Notes: a model not told the origin generated them from the sequence alone. 64,000 bases of DNA from Acidobacteriota bacterium (GCA_021804655.1 JAJZHE010000001.1:2903-66902); one strand, 5' to 3'; counted from the first letter of the stretch, positions 10,324-21,900 are shown. Program-made: numbers and translations.

Positions 10324-11742
10324 TCAGGCTGCGGGCATTCGCTGATAGAGCGCGCTTGCGGTTTTTTCCCGTTTGATCTGTTCTCGGATTCTAGCCAGCC
10401 CGCCGTCCTGGGTCAAACGCGCGCGCAGGCTCTCCAGCGGTTCGCGGGATTGGAGAGCGGCGATTTGCAGCTCGCGCTCGAACTCCTCGTCGCTCACTTC
10501 GATTCCCTCTGCCTCAGCGATTCGATCCAGCAGCAGCGCGCTTCGAACCTCCTGCAGGGCTGTCTCGCGTTGTGCGCCGCGCAGTCGCGTGAAGTCGAGC
10601 TTGCGCATCATCTCCGCGCTCATGCCCTGCGAAGCCAGCGCGCGCAGTCCGCGGTCGAGCCGCGCGTCCACCTGCTGCTGCACGAGCGTCTCCGGAACGG
10701 GGAACGCAAATCGCTCGGCAAGCCGGGCAAAGAGTGCCTCCCGTGTCTGCTGCTCGGCATCACGCTCCTTGGTCGATTGCAGATATTCGCGGATGCGTGT
10801 CTCCAAAGCAGCTTGATTCTCGTAGTCACCCAGCTCCTGGGCAAATGCGTCGGTCAGTTCAGGCAGGATGCGTTTTTTGATTGCCTGCACTTCAATGGTG
10901 TAGGCGACGGTTTTGCCCGCCAGACGCGCTTCCTGGTAATCGGCAGGGTAGATGACTTCGGCCTGAATCTCCTGTCCGGGTTTTGCGCCGCGGAGTGCTT
11001 CGGTAAAAGCGGGCAGTGTCTGTTCGCCGCCGATTTCGATCAGGGAATTATCTCCGCTGATTGGCTCTGCATCTCCGGCTTCGTGATCGGAAGCCACTCC
11101 GCTGAAGCTGATCTGCGCCCAGTCTCCATCCACAAGCGGGCGATCTTCTTCGACAGTCTCCACGGTGGCGCGCGACTCCAGAAGTTGCTTCAACTCACGT
11201 TGAAATTCCTCTTCGGTCACTGCGATTTCCGGTTTGGGAACGGTGACTTCCTGATAGCCATCGATGACGATGGGTGGAACCACCTCAAAGACCGCGGTGC
11301 CTTCAAGAGGCTTGCCTTCTTCGAGCGTGAGCTGGGTGAGTTGCGGCTGCGAAACCGGAAGCAGCCCTGCGGACTGAATGGCCACCTGGAAGCGCTCCGG
11401 CAAGAGGCGTTCCACAACGTCCTTGCGAATCTGCTCCGCAAAGCGTCGTTTCACAACGGTCTCTGGTACTTTGCCAGCGCGAAAACCGGGAATCTTTGCG
11501 TATTTTTTGTATTCTTTCAGCACGCGGGCAAAGGCAGCGTCCACCTCTTCGGTGGTGGCTTCAATCCTGACTTCACGCACGCATTCCGGATTCAAAACCG
11601 GACCATGAGAGTGACCGGCGTGGTCGTGGCCCTCATGCAGGTGATCTTCATGGCCAGAGTGGGTGTCGTGGCTGGTTGCGGGTGTTGCTGCGGCGTCCGT
11701 CTCAGCGAGGGGGGCGGTTTCAATCGTCTCAGTAGAACTCAA
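10324..11742 (-). CDS. tig: Trigger factor with His-rich N-terminal extension
   Basis: IPGFRAGKVP signature, FKBP-like middle domain, tig-clpP-clpX order; TTG start with GAAGG SD. Confidence 0.93.
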   Translation of the reverse strand: MSSTETIETAPLAETDAAATPATSHDTHSGHEDHLHEGHDHAGHSHGPVLNPECVREVRIEATTEEVDAAFARVLKEYKKYAKIPGFRAGKVPETVVKRRFAEQIRKDVVERLLPERFQVAIQSAGLLPVSQPQLTQLTLEEGKPLEGTAVFEVVPPIVIDGYQEVTVPKPEIAVTEEEFQRELKQLLESRATVETVEEDRPLVDGDWAQISFSGVASDHEAGDAEPISGDNSLIEIGGEQTLPAFTEALRGAKPGQEIQAEVIYPADYQEARLAGKTVAYTIEVQAIKKRILPELTDAFAQELGDYENQAALETRIREYLQSTKERDAEQQTREALFARLAERFAFPVPETLVQQQVDARLDRGLRALASQGMSAEMMRKLDFTRLRGAQRETALQEVRSALLLDRIAEAEGIEVSDEEFERELQIAALQSREPLESLRARLTQDGGLARIREQIKREKTASALYQRMPAA

Positions 11743-11936
11743 GTGTGTGCCTTCCAGTGTGCGTCCATCTCCGTGTTGGCTCGGCCAGAGGCGCATTCGC
11801 TCGGCAGCGCTCATCGACGCGCCGAGACGGCGCTGCTGAACCATCGAGCAGGAGACGTCATCTTCTATGGTATGAGCCTTGCGTCAGCCGGTCAAACAAG
11901 CGCAAGGCCGATCGAGTGTCAGCCTGGTCCCCTGCC

Positions 11937-13100
11937 TCAGGGCTGCAGGAGCCGCAGTCGGACCTGCCACTTCGTGCTCTTGCCCGGAGCCAGCGTCACC
12001 ATCCCTGTATTCATGGTGCCCCACTCTTTGCCGAAGGGATCGCCGAAGTTGTACTGATCCTCGACAGCGACAAAACTTTGGGTTGGCGGCGCATAGACCT
12101 GCACCGTGCGAATCTCCGGCGACAGGCCGTCGATCTCGATGCCGTAGTGGGCTGCGGGATCGAGCACTTTCACGATGACTTCGCCGTGCGTGCGCTCAAG
12201 AGAGCTGAAGTTGTCGTCCAGGAACTGGCCTCCCAGTGCTTTGCCGTTGGGAGCCTGAAAGTCGTACGCTGTGCCCGCGACCGGCACCAGCTTGCCGGTG
12301 GGAAAAACATTGTCATAGTTGTCCACGGTGGCCAGAGCGCTGCCGGGAATGTGCAGGCGCACCTGCTTTCGATCCTTGCTGGGTAAAGCGAGATAAGGAT
12401 GCCAGCCGAGCGCGACGGGTTCACTGGCTGAACCGACATTCTTTGCCGTGATCGAGACTTCAACGCTTTGCGCGGTCAGCGTGATTGTATAAAAGAGGTC
12501 GCTGCTGGAGAACCAATGGCCGCCAAAGTCACCGCAGTGCAGGATGCCGGTGATGGTTCCACCGGTTGCCGTGCGGTTCACGTGGATGTCCGTGACGTTC
12601 CCTTTGAGGATGAGACCGTGCATCGCATGACGCTCTGCTCCGGGACGGCTGCCTACATTATTTGCTGGCAAAACGATGCTTCGCCCGCGCCAGACGGCAG
12701 TCAGCGTCTTTCCATCAGGAGAAAGCTTTCCGCGAATGCGATTGGGGTAAGGAAAAAGAAAAGCCGCGCCGAGCCGATAACCAAGATCGCCATTGGCAGT
12801 ATCATGCGTGTTCAGCATGGCGGCTGTTTGCGCCATGCTGGGCGAAGCCAGCACGTTCATCTCGCCTTTGCCGGGAAACCAGGCCGTAATCTGCTGCACC
12901 TCCATGCCGCGGCCAGGCAGCAGCGTGATGCCGGTGAACTCTGGCTTGGTTGCGCCCGGTGTGTGGGTGCGTGTCAGCGTGACGGGTGCGACACCGTTGA
13001 TCAAAACCGGTGCATGAGCAGCCTGTGCGTGCGAGCATGGAATGCCCAGCACGGCAGCGGTTGCGATCCATAGCGAGACAAGTGCGGGGGTACTCTTCAT
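11937..13100 (-). CDS. Aldose 1-epimerase family protein with signal peptide
   Basis: PYPNRI, HAMHG, GWHPY, VQVYAP, AVED motifs; SHA cleavage site. Confidence 0.85.
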   Translation of the reverse strand: MKSTPALVSLWIATAAVLGIPCSHAQAAHAPVLINGVAPVTLTRTHTPGATKPEFTGITLLPGRGMEVQQITAWFPGKGEMNVLASPSMAQTAAMLNTHDTANGDLGYRLGAAFLFPYPNRIRGKLSPDGKTLTAVWRGRSIVLPANNVGSRPGAERHAMHGLILKGNVTDIHVNRTATGGTITGILHCGDFGGHWFSSSDLFYTITLTAQSVEVSITAKNVGSASEPVALGWHPYLALPSKDRKQVRLHIPGSALATVDNYDNVFPTGKLVPVAGTAYDFQAPNGKALGGQFLDDNFSSLERTHGEVIVKVLDPAAHYGIEIDGLSPEIRTVQVYAPPTQSFVAVEDQYNFGDPFGKEWGTMNTGMVTLAPGKSTKWQVRLRLLQP

Positions 13101-13201
13101 GAGTGTTTATCCTGGAGCGCTCGATCACTTTTTCGCGCAACGTAATTCTACGGCAAGTCGCATTGCTGCTGAAATCGATGCATCCTTTTACAATGACAAA
13201 G

Positions 13202-13954
13202 ATGGACCGCAGAAGAGTAGGCGAAGTTTCTCCGGAGCTTCGGCAGGACCAGTTTCCAGCGCACCCGACGACGAATCTGGAGATGCTGAATCGGCAGATG
13301 ATTGCCTGTGAGCGCTGTCCTCGGCTGCGTGCATATTGCGCGGAGATTGGGCGTGTGCGGCGACGCCAGTGGCGCGACTGGGAGTACTGGGCGCGTCCGG
13401 TGCCATCGTTTGGGGATACGATGGCGCGCGTGCTGATCCTTGGCCTGGCACCGGGCGCACACGGCTCCAATCGAACAGGAAGGCCATTCACGGGTGATGG
13501 CTCCGGCGATTTTCTCTATCCGGTGTTGCATCGAACGGGATTTGCCTCGCAGCCTGAATCGACGCATCGAGGCGACGGCCTTGTGCTCACCGATCTCTGG
13601 ATTGCAGCCGCAGTCCGCTGCGCGCCGCCGGACAATAAGCCCTCGACACTGGAAATCCGCAATTGCGCTCCTTGGCTGGACGAGGAGATGGCTTTGCTCA
13701 CGAACTTGCGCGCCATTGTCTGCCTCGGGAAGATCGGCTTTGACGCCGCCGTCGCCGCGCTTCATCGCAGCGGCAGTCTGGCCTCACGCGCGGGATTCAA
13801 GTTCGCCCACGGCGCGGAGTACACGCTTCCGGATGGTCGGTTCCTGCTGGCCAGCTATCATCCTTCGCTGCAAAACACGAATACGGGACGACTGACCGAG
13901 CCGATGTTTCGGGCGATCTTTCAACGGGCCAGAGCACTTGCGGAATCTGTCTGA
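13202..13954 (+). CDS. Uracil-DNA glycosylase, family 5 (UdgB-like, 4Fe-4S)
   Basis: CERCPRL, GLAPGAHGSNRTGRPFTGD, RCAPPDNKP, SYHPS. Confidence 0.9.
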   Translation: MDRRRVGEVSPELRQDQFPAHPTTNLEMLNRQMIACERCPRLRAYCAEIGRVRRRQWRDWEYWARPVPSFGDTMARVLILGLAPGAHGSNRTGRPFTGDGSGDFLYPVLHRTGFASQPESTHRGDGLVLTDLWIAAAVRCAPPDNKPSTLEIRNCAPWLDEEMALLTNLRAIVCLGKIGFDAAVAALHRSGSLASRAGFKFAHGAEYTLPDGRFLLASYHPSLQNTNTGRLTEPMFRAIFQRARALAESV

Positions 13955-13982
13955 TTCCAGGGCCTGGTCGTGTTAACAGGCC

Positions 13983-14903
13983 CTAGCTTGCTTGCTGTGC
14001 GTGCTTCTTCTTTTTCTTGTGACGCGGTCGAAAGACAACGCGGGCGATGTCGGGATAGAACTCGCGGAAGACATTGGTGAGCGCATCGCGACCGACGGCG
14101 TAGCCGAACTTGCTGAAATAGGAAGAGGGAGTTGCCACGGCGGAGGGATAGTAGGTGAGCGAAACCGCCTGCGAGACGCCACGGCCCAGTATTTCTGCCC
14201 AATTGAAGGTGTTTTTCCCGTGGTAATCCGGCGTGATGAAGACGGACATGCCAGAGTATTCGGCTCGCTTCCAGAAGCTGCCCTGACCCATCGCAAAGTA
14301 TCGTTCATCTTCATGGAAAAGCGTAGGAAAGGCGAAGATGATGAGATAGTCGCCTGCGGATTTGTCGATGTATCCGCGCCAGTAATAGCTCCAGTAGCCT
14401 CCGACGCCTTTGCCGAATTCGGGATGGGTATTGGTGCTCTCGGCCATCAGTGAGGTCAATCCCACGAAGACATACTGCGAGTAGTCGAAGTTGTTTTCCG
14501 TTGCAATGATGAACGATTCCTTTGCTCCTGGCGGTGGAGGACGCACACCTGCGCTGACCGCGCGGTAGTTGGGCATCAGGCCCAGAATGCGCTTGGGCTG
14601 TTGCTCGTCGGGGGGCACCGTCTGCGGAGCGTTGGGCGATGAAGAGGATTTTGTCGCGCCAGAGCTTTGGCTGCTGGAAGATGAGCCTGCACTTTGTTTC
14701 TCCGCGGTCGCTTGTCCCAGATCAGGAAGAGCCGTGAGGCCATCCAGCATCGAGAGTTCCGCGTACCTGTCTGCCACAGGGCTTGCGGAGCGATGCGCAT
14801 CGAGCTGCGATTGCGGTGCGTCGGGAAGAATGCTTTGCTGATTTGCGGATTGTGCGGCTGCTGCAACGGTACTGCATAGAACAAGGACGACCAGAAAACG
14901 CAA
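13983..14903 (-). CDS. Exported hypothetical protein (LPDAP / QPKRILGxMPNYRAV family), paralog A
   Basis: Signal peptide, GGAGG SD before TTG, clear similarity to the adjacent ORF. Confidence 0.8.
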   Translation of the reverse strand: MRFLVVLVLCSTVAAAAQSANQQSILPDAPQSQLDAHRSASPVADRYAELSMLDGLTALPDLGQATAEKQSAGSSSSSQSSGATKSSSSPNAPQTVPPDEQQPKRILGLMPNYRAVSAGVRPPPPGAKESFIIATENNFDYSQYVFVGLTSLMAESTNTHPEFGKGVGGYWSYYWRGYIDKSAGDYLIIFAFPTLFHEDERYFAMGQGSFWKRAEYSGMSVFITPDYHGKNTFNWAEILGRGVSQAVSLTYYPSAVATPSSYFSKFGYAVGRDALTNVFREFYPDIARVVFRPRHKKKKKHAQQAS

Positions 14904-14999
14904 TGAGCCTCCAGAATCGGTCAGATATCAAACGTTAGATGCACCGAATCATCGATGGGTGAGCCGAGATGCGTGAACTCTGTGTCATCTGGGAGTTTT

Positions 15000-15902
15000 T
15001 CAAGGGTGGCGATGCAGCACATGGGTCGCAATGTCTGGCCAGAATTCGCGAAAAGATGCTGTGATGGCGTCACGACCGATGGAATACCCGTAACGCGCGA
15101 GGAGCGCACCGATTGTGTTGTCCTGATCCGGGTAGTAGAGCATAGAAGCGGCCTGAGCGAAACCGCGACCGAAGACTTCCGCTCCGCTGAAGGTTTTTTC
15201 GCCTTGATAATTGCGGGCGATCAGCACACTGGAGGCTGCGTAGAGGATGCGCCGCTTGAAACCACCGTGGCCCAAAGCATAGTAACGAACGTCCTCATGC
15301 AGCAAAGCAGGCATGGCAAAGACAACCATATAATTGCCGTCTGTCTTGTCAATGAAGCCGCGCCAGTAATATCCCCAGTATCCCGGAAGTCCCTTGCCCA
15401 GGTCGGGGTGAGTATTGGTCCCCTCGGCAAGCAACGAGGTCAGCCCGCCAAAGACGATGGAAGAGTAGTCGAAACTGTTGACTGTGGCCAGCATGAAGGC
15501 TTGCCGGGCGGATGGTGGTGGTGGAATCTCGCCCGCGCTCACAGCGCGGTAGTTGGGCATGAAGCCGAGAATGCGTTTCGGTTGCTGCTGGCGAGGATCA
15601 ACGGTGGAATGCGGATTTTTGTCAGTTTCTTTGGACGTTTGTGAAGGCACATCCTGCGAGGTCGAATCAGGTGTTCCGGTTGCCTGTAAGGTTGCAACAT
15701 GCGAGGCATCCGGCAGAGGCGCAGCGGAGACCTCGCTAAGTTGCAAGATAGCGGTAGAGGGTGCGTCCGGCAGAGGCGAGCAATCACTCGATGAATCCTG
15801 CGCCATGGCTGGCAAGATAAAAAAAGCTAAAAACAGGTAACGAAGATGACGCAAAAGTTCTCCCGTGAATGAATGCTCATGTCGGCCGTATCGGCTTTTC
15901 AT
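15000..15902 (-). CDS. Exported hypothetical protein (same family), paralog B
   Basis: Shared QPKRILGFMPNYRAV, FDYS, YYWRGFIDK, HEDxRY, FREF motifs. Confidence 0.8.
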   Translation of the reverse strand: MKSRYGRHEHSFTGELLRHLRYLFLAFFILPAMAQDSSSDCSPLPDAPSTAILQLSEVSAAPLPDASHVATLQATGTPDSTSQDVPSQTSKETDKNPHSTVDPRQQQPKRILGFMPNYRAVSAGEIPPPPSARQAFMLATVNSFDYSSIVFGGLTSLLAEGTNTHPDLGKGLPGYWGYYWRGFIDKTDGNYMVVFAMPALLHEDVRYYALGHGGFKRRILYAASSVLIARNYQGEKTFSGAEVFGRGFAQAASMLYYPDQDNTIGALLARYGYSIGRDAITASFREFWPDIATHVLHRHP

Positions 15903-16144
15903 CTGAGCATGCCTTGAGCATTCTCTGATTGGTACAAAGATTAGACGTAAAGTTTGATTCGCCAGTAGACGTACCGGCTCAGCTTTTTTGAACGCGGAAG
16001 GAGAAAGTGTCTATTTTCCCCTGACAAGTGGACTGGTTTCCTGGTTTGCTGCTGCAGCAAGTTGGCTCAGTGAGTCTGAAGAGCATCCTGAAGGAGCCGC
16101 TCGATTTTGCGACAAATCGACTGAAAATAGTTTACTATCTGGCC

Positions 16145-17467
16145 ATGTTTTCGCGTCTTGTTCCTGGCCCTCGATTGTCAGTCATGGTTGTTGCGGCATT
16201 GAGTGCTTCAACGCTCAACGCTCAAGCGCAGCAGAGGCCAACTGCAAAGTCTTCCACTTTTGTGCTTCACGCCGCGCGCGTTCTGAACGTGGAGCAGGGA
16301 ACGGTGTTGGCGCCGGGTGAGGTCTCGATTCGCGACGGGCGCATCGTTCAGGTTGGTTCTGCTGTGCCGCATCCTGCGGATGCGCAGTTGATTGATCTGG
16401 GCAACACGACACTGATGCCTGGTCTCATCGATGCGCATGTGCATCTGTTTCTTCATCCTGGCGCGGAAGATATGCAGACGGTGATGGAGTCTGTTCCGGA
16501 GCGCACGATTGATGCATCTCTGGCTGCGCGCGCTGACCTGATGGCGGGTTTTACCGCCGAACGCGACATGGGAACCGAAGGCGCCGGTTCGGCGGATACT
16601 GCGGTGCGCAACGCGATTGATGCGGGGCTGATTCCTGGCCCGCATATGCGCATCAGCGGCAACGCGATCAGCATTCTGGGCGGCCATGAGGACGCGATTC
16701 ATTTCAATCCTGCTGAACACATCAGCTCGAACGCTACCTATGCCGACAATACAGATCAGATCATTGCCGTCATTCGCGAGCAGCTCAAGGAAGGTTCGAG
16801 CTTCGTCAAAATGTATGAGACAGGAAGAGACACTTTTCAGAATGGGGAATTTCACACGCCGTGGCAGTTTTCTGAAGCTCAACTGGCTGCTGCCGTAGGG
16901 GAAGCGGCACGAATGGGCACGACCGTTGGCGTTCACTGCACCGGCGAGCCAGGCGCGCTTTACGCAGCGACTGCCGGGGTTGCTTCCATTGACCACGCGT
17001 ACCAGTTGAGCGATGCCACAATGCGGCTGATGCATGAAAAGCAGATTTATGCGGTGCCGACCTTTGCCATCAGCGAGTATTTTGCCGATCATGCCGCTTC
17101 ACCGGCTGCTGCAGCCAGTGAACATGCGATGCTCGATTACCATGTTCAACAGTTTCATCGCCAGCTTGCAGCCGGAGTTCCCATGGCTGTCGGCTCCGAT
17201 GTGGGTCCATTTCCGCACGGAACGCAGGCGCGCGAACTGGTGCTGATGGCGCGATACGGCATGACTCCTGCCGATGTGCTGCGCGCGGATCTGCTGCATG
17301 GTGCTCGACTGCTGGGCTGGCAAAACCAGATGGGACAGCTTGAGCCTGGCTTCGATGCAGATATCATCGCCGTGCAGGGCAATCCGCTGGAAGACATCAA
17401 TGCTGTCACGCACGTCGTCTTTGTGATGAAAGATGGTGCCGTGGTTCGGAATGACGATCATCCGTAA
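16145..17467 (+). CDS. Amidohydrolase family metallopeptidase (Xaa-Pro dipeptidase-like), exported
   Basis: PGLIDAHVH, carboxylated-Lys strand VKMY, VGVH, SIDH, GSD, ADIIAVQGNPL. Confidence 0.85.
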   Translation: MFSRLVPGPRLSVMVVAALSASTLNAQAQQRPTAKSSTFVLHAARVLNVEQGTVLAPGEVSIRDGRIVQVGSAVPHPADAQLIDLGNTTLMPGLIDAHVHLFLHPGAEDMQTVMESVPERTIDASLAARADLMAGFTAERDMGTEGAGSADTAVRNAIDAGLIPGPHMRISGNAISILGGHEDAIHFNPAEHISSNATYADNTDQIIAVIREQLKEGSSFVKMYETGRDTFQNGEFHTPWQFSEAQLAAAVGEAARMGTTVGVHCTGEPGALYAATAGVASIDHAYQLSDATMRLMHEKQIYAVPTFAISEYFADHAASPAAAASEHAMLDYHVQQFHRQLAAGVPMAVGSDVGPFPHGTQARELVLMARYGMTPADVLRADLLHGARLLGWQNQMGQLEPGFDADIIAVQGNPLEDINAVTHVVFVMKDGAVVRNDDHP

Positions 17468-17497
17468 TGACCATGATTCAATCGTGAGGTAATCTTC

Positions 17498-18559
17498 ATG
17501 CAACGCCTGCTTGTGCTAATGCTCGTTATGATGACCACGCCCGTTTTCGCGCAATCGCCTGCCAGTGCACCCACTCACAAGTGGGCCGTGGTCATCCACG
17601 GTGGCGCTGGAGTGATTGAGCGAAGCTCGATGACGCCAGAGGCGGAAAAAGATTACCGCGCCGGCATGGCTGAAGCACTGCACGCAGCCACCGCTGTTCT
17701 GGACCGCGGAGGTTCATCGATGGATGCAGTGGAAGCGGCGATCCGCATTCTGGAAGACAATCCGATCTTCAACGCCGGGCGTGGAGCGGTCTTTGCCGCA
17801 GATGGGACCAATCAACTGGATGCCGCGATCATGGACGGCAAGACGATGAGAGCAGGTGCCGTGGCGGACGTGACGCGCACGCGGCATCCGATCTCGCTGG
17901 CGCGCGCAGTGATGGAGAAGTCGCAGCATGTGATGCTGTCTGGCCCTGGAGCGGATGCCTTTGCCGCTTCGGTTGGTTTGCAGCAGGAGCCGCCTTCATT
18001 TTTCTTCACAGAACGCCGCTGGGAGAGCCTGGTACAGGAACTGAAGCGCGAGCATCTGCCCATCCCAGAGCGTCCGGCAGGCGCTCCGCCCGCACCCGCG
18101 CATGACACGGCTTTTTTTGAGACGCCAGACAACCATAAATATGGCACCGTCGGCGTCGTTGCTCTGGATCGCTCGGGCAATGTGGCCGCCGGCACGTCCA
18201 CGGGAGGATTGACTGCGAAGCGCTGGGATCGCATCGGCGATTCGCCGATTATCGGTGCCGGAACCTACGCTTCGAACCAATCCTGCGCGGTTTCTGGAAC
18301 AGGGATCGGGGAATATTTCATACGCTACACGGTTGCCAGGACGATCTGCGCGCTGGTCCAGTACAAAGGGATGACGCTGCAGGCGGCAGCAGACGAAGTG
18401 ATCCAGAAGCAACTCGCGCCGATCCACGGCGACGGCGGCGTGATCGCCATTGCGCCGGACGGACAGGTGGCCTGGAGCTTCAATACCCCTGGCATGTTTC
18501 GCGCGCGAATGACCGAGGGTGGAACGGCGCAGATCGGCATCTATCGCGACGAGCCGTAA
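17498..18559 (+). CDS. Isoaspartyl peptidase / L-asparaginase (Ntn hydrolase), exported
   Basis: IHGGAG, FNAGRG, YG|TVGVVA autocleavage Thr, GTSTGG, RIGDSPIIGAG, SGTGIGE. Confidence 0.92.
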   Translation: MQRLLVLMLVMMTTPVFAQSPASAPTHKWAVVIHGGAGVIERSSMTPEAEKDYRAGMAEALHAATAVLDRGGSSMDAVEAAIRILEDNPIFNAGRGAVFAADGTNQLDAAIMDGKTMRAGAVADVTRTRHPISLARAVMEKSQHVMLSGPGADAFAASVGLQQEPPSFFFTERRWESLVQELKREHLPIPERPAGAPPAPAHDTAFFETPDNHKYGTVGVVALDRSGNVAAGTSTGGLTAKRWDRIGDSPIIGAGTYASNQSCAVSGTGIGEYFIRYTVARTICALVQYKGMTLQAAADEVIQKQLAPIHGDGGVIAIAPDGQVAWSFNTPGMFRARMTEGGTAQIGIYRDEP

Positions 18560-18825
18560 CCCGAACCGAGTGAATCCGGAGGTCGATTCCTGAAGCAGTC
18601 ATGTCCCCCCGCGCTTCCAACAGGGAATTGCCTGCTTTGCCGTGGAAACGCATGTGGCCTAATCCAATAAATTGATTTAGTCAGATATTTTCGCTTTGAT
18701 GGTCTATTGGGAATTGCGTTTTATCTCCGTTAAGGTCAGACCATTGAGGGGATTCTTGCCGTATTGCGAAATCTCTGTTGAGCCGTTTATCGTTCGTGGC
18801 GGCGCAAAAAAACTTTTCATGGGTA

Positions 18826-18886
18826 TTGACAATTGTTATTTGCTACAGAGACAATTCACCTCGCTGAACAAATAGCTCTCTGTTCA
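18826..18886 (+). promoter_or_regulatory. Putative sigma70 promoter (TTGACA-N18-GACAAT) and downstream inverted repeat TGAACA-N10-TGTTCA
   Basis: Seen in the AT-rich region upstream of the TBDR. Confidence 0.45.
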
Positions 18887-18902
18887 AATCTGTATTCAAA
18901 GG

Positions 18903-21900
18903 ATGCCAGGTATGCGCTATGACTCAAAATGTGGTCTTCAACTGGTAGGACCACTAAAATCGTTCGTTCACCGTGCGGTCCATCGACTGGGTGCATCGGA
19001 GAACTCTCGTTCTTCCTGCTTCATTGCGTTGCAGAGTGCAACTCTTTGCGCAGTATTGCTCCTGTTGGCGACTTTCTTTGGTGGCACTCGGGTCGCTCGT
19101 GCACAGGAGTTTCGCGGCACGATCTCCGGTACCGTCATGGATGCCAGCGGAGCCGTCATTCCTGGCGCTTCCATCACGGTGCACGAAGTGAGCACGGGAA
19201 CAACTAACCACACGGTCAGCGACGCTGCTGGTGAATACGTGATTCCGTTTCTGCTGCCGGGTGAATATTCCATCCGCGCGACGGCAAACGGCTTCCAGGC
19301 AATCGAGCGGACGGGCGTTCCGCTCCAGTCGCAGCAACATGCCGTGATTGACCTGCACATGCAGGTCGGCTCGGCAACGGAGTCGGTGACGGTGACCGGC
19401 GCTCCACCGCAGCTTGATTCGGCCAACGCTGCAATTGGTTCGGTCATCGATACGCAGTCGGTGGCGGACCTGCCGCTGAACGGACGTACGCCGACGACGC
19501 TGGCGGAACTGACGCCTGGCGTGATCACGACGGCGGCACCGCAGCAGATTCATCCGTTTGACAACAATGCTGGCAACTCGTGGTCGATGGGTGGAACGCC
19601 GAATCAGGTGAGCGAAGTGCTGCTCGATGGTTCGCCGGATCTTACCTTGCTGGGTGCTCTTGCCTACGCGCCGAGCGAAGACACGGTGGCTGAGGTTTCC
19701 GTGCGACCGTTTGATACGGATGCCAGCTTTGGCCATACGATTGGCGGCGTGGTTAACCTGGTGACCAAGAGCGGTACGAATGAGTTTCATGGCACGGCCT
19801 ATGAGTTTGGCCAGATCTCGGGCATTGATGCCAACACCTACTTCAACAATCGCAGCAATAAGCCGACGCCGGTCTTCCATTTCAATCAGTACGGCCTCAC
19901 CTTTGGCGGGCCGGTACGGATTCCCAAGGTCTATGACGGGCGCAACAAGCTGCTTTTTTTCTTTGCATTTGAAGGGCTGAAGGATTCGACGCCGAACACC
20001 GCGACGTTGACGGTGCCGACGGACAGCGATCCGCTGCTGGGCACTTCTTCCGGCGGTGAGCGTGCGGGTGATTTCTATCAGACGCTTGCTGCGGGTTGTC
20101 CTACCGGCTTTGCCAACGATCCGGGTTCTGCTGCTGCGATGTGCAATCCGAGCGGCAAGAACACCAGCCCGTATCCTGATCCCAACCAGCTCTACAACCC
20201 CTATCAGGTCACAGTCAACGGATCGTCGTACACCCGTGCGCCGATTCTGAAGAACCAGATCACCAGCGCCGGACCGCTGAACTCCATCGCGCAGGCGTAT
20301 ATGAAGCTCTTTCCGTCGCCCAACAATAGTCCGAATGCTGCCGCCGACGGGCAGGACAACTACATCGCCAATGCACCCAGCGTGGACGATTATGACAACG
20401 AGTTTGGGCGCCTGGATTATAACGTCAGCGCAGCCGATCACGTTTTCTTTGACATGCGTCACAACTTCCGCAGTCAGATCAAGAACAACTACTTTGGAAA
20501 TGGCGCAACCGGGACCATTCTGGTGCGCGAAAACTGGGGTACATCGCTTGATAACGTCTATACACTCAACTCGACGACGATCTTCGATACTCGTCTGAAC
20601 TGGACCTATTTCAACGAGGTGCACAGCACTCCGGCAACTGCCTATAGCCCGAACAGCCTTGGTTTTCCGGGCTACATGCAGTCAGCCAGTGAACTGGTGC
20701 AGTTGCCCTTCATCAACTTTCAGACCGGCAACAGTTGCGGCGGTCACAGCAGCTACCAGTGTCTGGGCGATACCGGTTCGGCGCTCGACCCGAGCACCAG
20801 CTACCAGGTCTTCACGGACATGGTGAAGGTGATCGGTCGTCATACGCTGAAAGTTGGTTTTGACGGTCGTCAGTACCGCATCAGCATCCAGAACTTTGGC
20901 AACTCTTCCGGCAGCTTCAGCTTCAACTCTGGATTTGTGGAATCCGGAACAGGTGCCGCATCGCAGACTTTTGGCGGTGATCTGGCCACCTTCCTGCTCG
21001 GTCTGCCGGCTGGCGGCCAGTTTGACCTGAACGCTCGCGCCGATTATCACCAGTACTATATCGGCTCGTTTGTGCAGGACGACTGGCGCGTGACGGACAA
21101 TCTGACGTTGAATCTGGGCATTCGCTACGACATTGACACGCCATTCCGCGAGAAGCTGGGACGGACGGTCAACGGCTTCAACCCGACGGCGGCGATCAAT
21201 TATGCCAGCACGCCGGCGTTTTCTCCCGTGACGGTCTCCGCAGACGGCGGCAACTACTCGATCAACAATATCAATACCCTCGGCGGATTGACCTTCCCGA
21301 ACGGTCCGAATGGCGCGGTCTACGCCACCAACAACGGCTTCTTCAGCCCGCGTATCGGCTTTGCCTGGAGCGTAAATAACAAGACGGAGGTTCGCGGCGG
21401 CTTCGGCATCTTTGTTCAGCCAGAGACGCTCTCGAATCTGAACTCGCAGGGACAGTATTCCTCGGCGGCGCTTTCCAACCAGGAAGGCTTCAGCGCTTCG
21501 ACACAGTATGTTGCGTCAACCAACAACGGCGAGACTCCGGCTGGTTCGCTCAGCAACCCGTTCCCTAGCGGCTTCCAGCAGCCGCAGGGATCGTCGCAGG
21601 GTGCGAACACCTTCCTGGGGCAGGCGATCAGCTTCCTCGCACCGGTTGAGCACGATCCGTACTCCGAGCGTTGGAATATAGGCGTTCAGCGTGCGATTAC
21701 GGCCAATGACATGGTCGAACTGATGTACGTTGGCAACCATGCACTTCATCTGCCGGTGGAGATTCAGGACCTGAACTCACCGTTGCTCCCGTTCCTGACC
21801 ACGAATCCCTATCGTGACCAGAGCATTGCAAGCGCGTACAGCCAGTCGGTCACCAACCCCTTCTATCAGACGTTGGGAGCGACCAACACGACAGGTGTGA

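Noticed and set aside
10207-12057. 616-aa plus-strand ORF
   Set aside because: Antisense shadow of tig, typical of GC-rich DNA
18660-18687. dif-like sequence (taatccaataa-attgat-ttagtcagata); also 28246-28273 and 28297-28324
   Set aside because: Each matches only one Xer arm or needs an indel; not supportable as dif without a profile search
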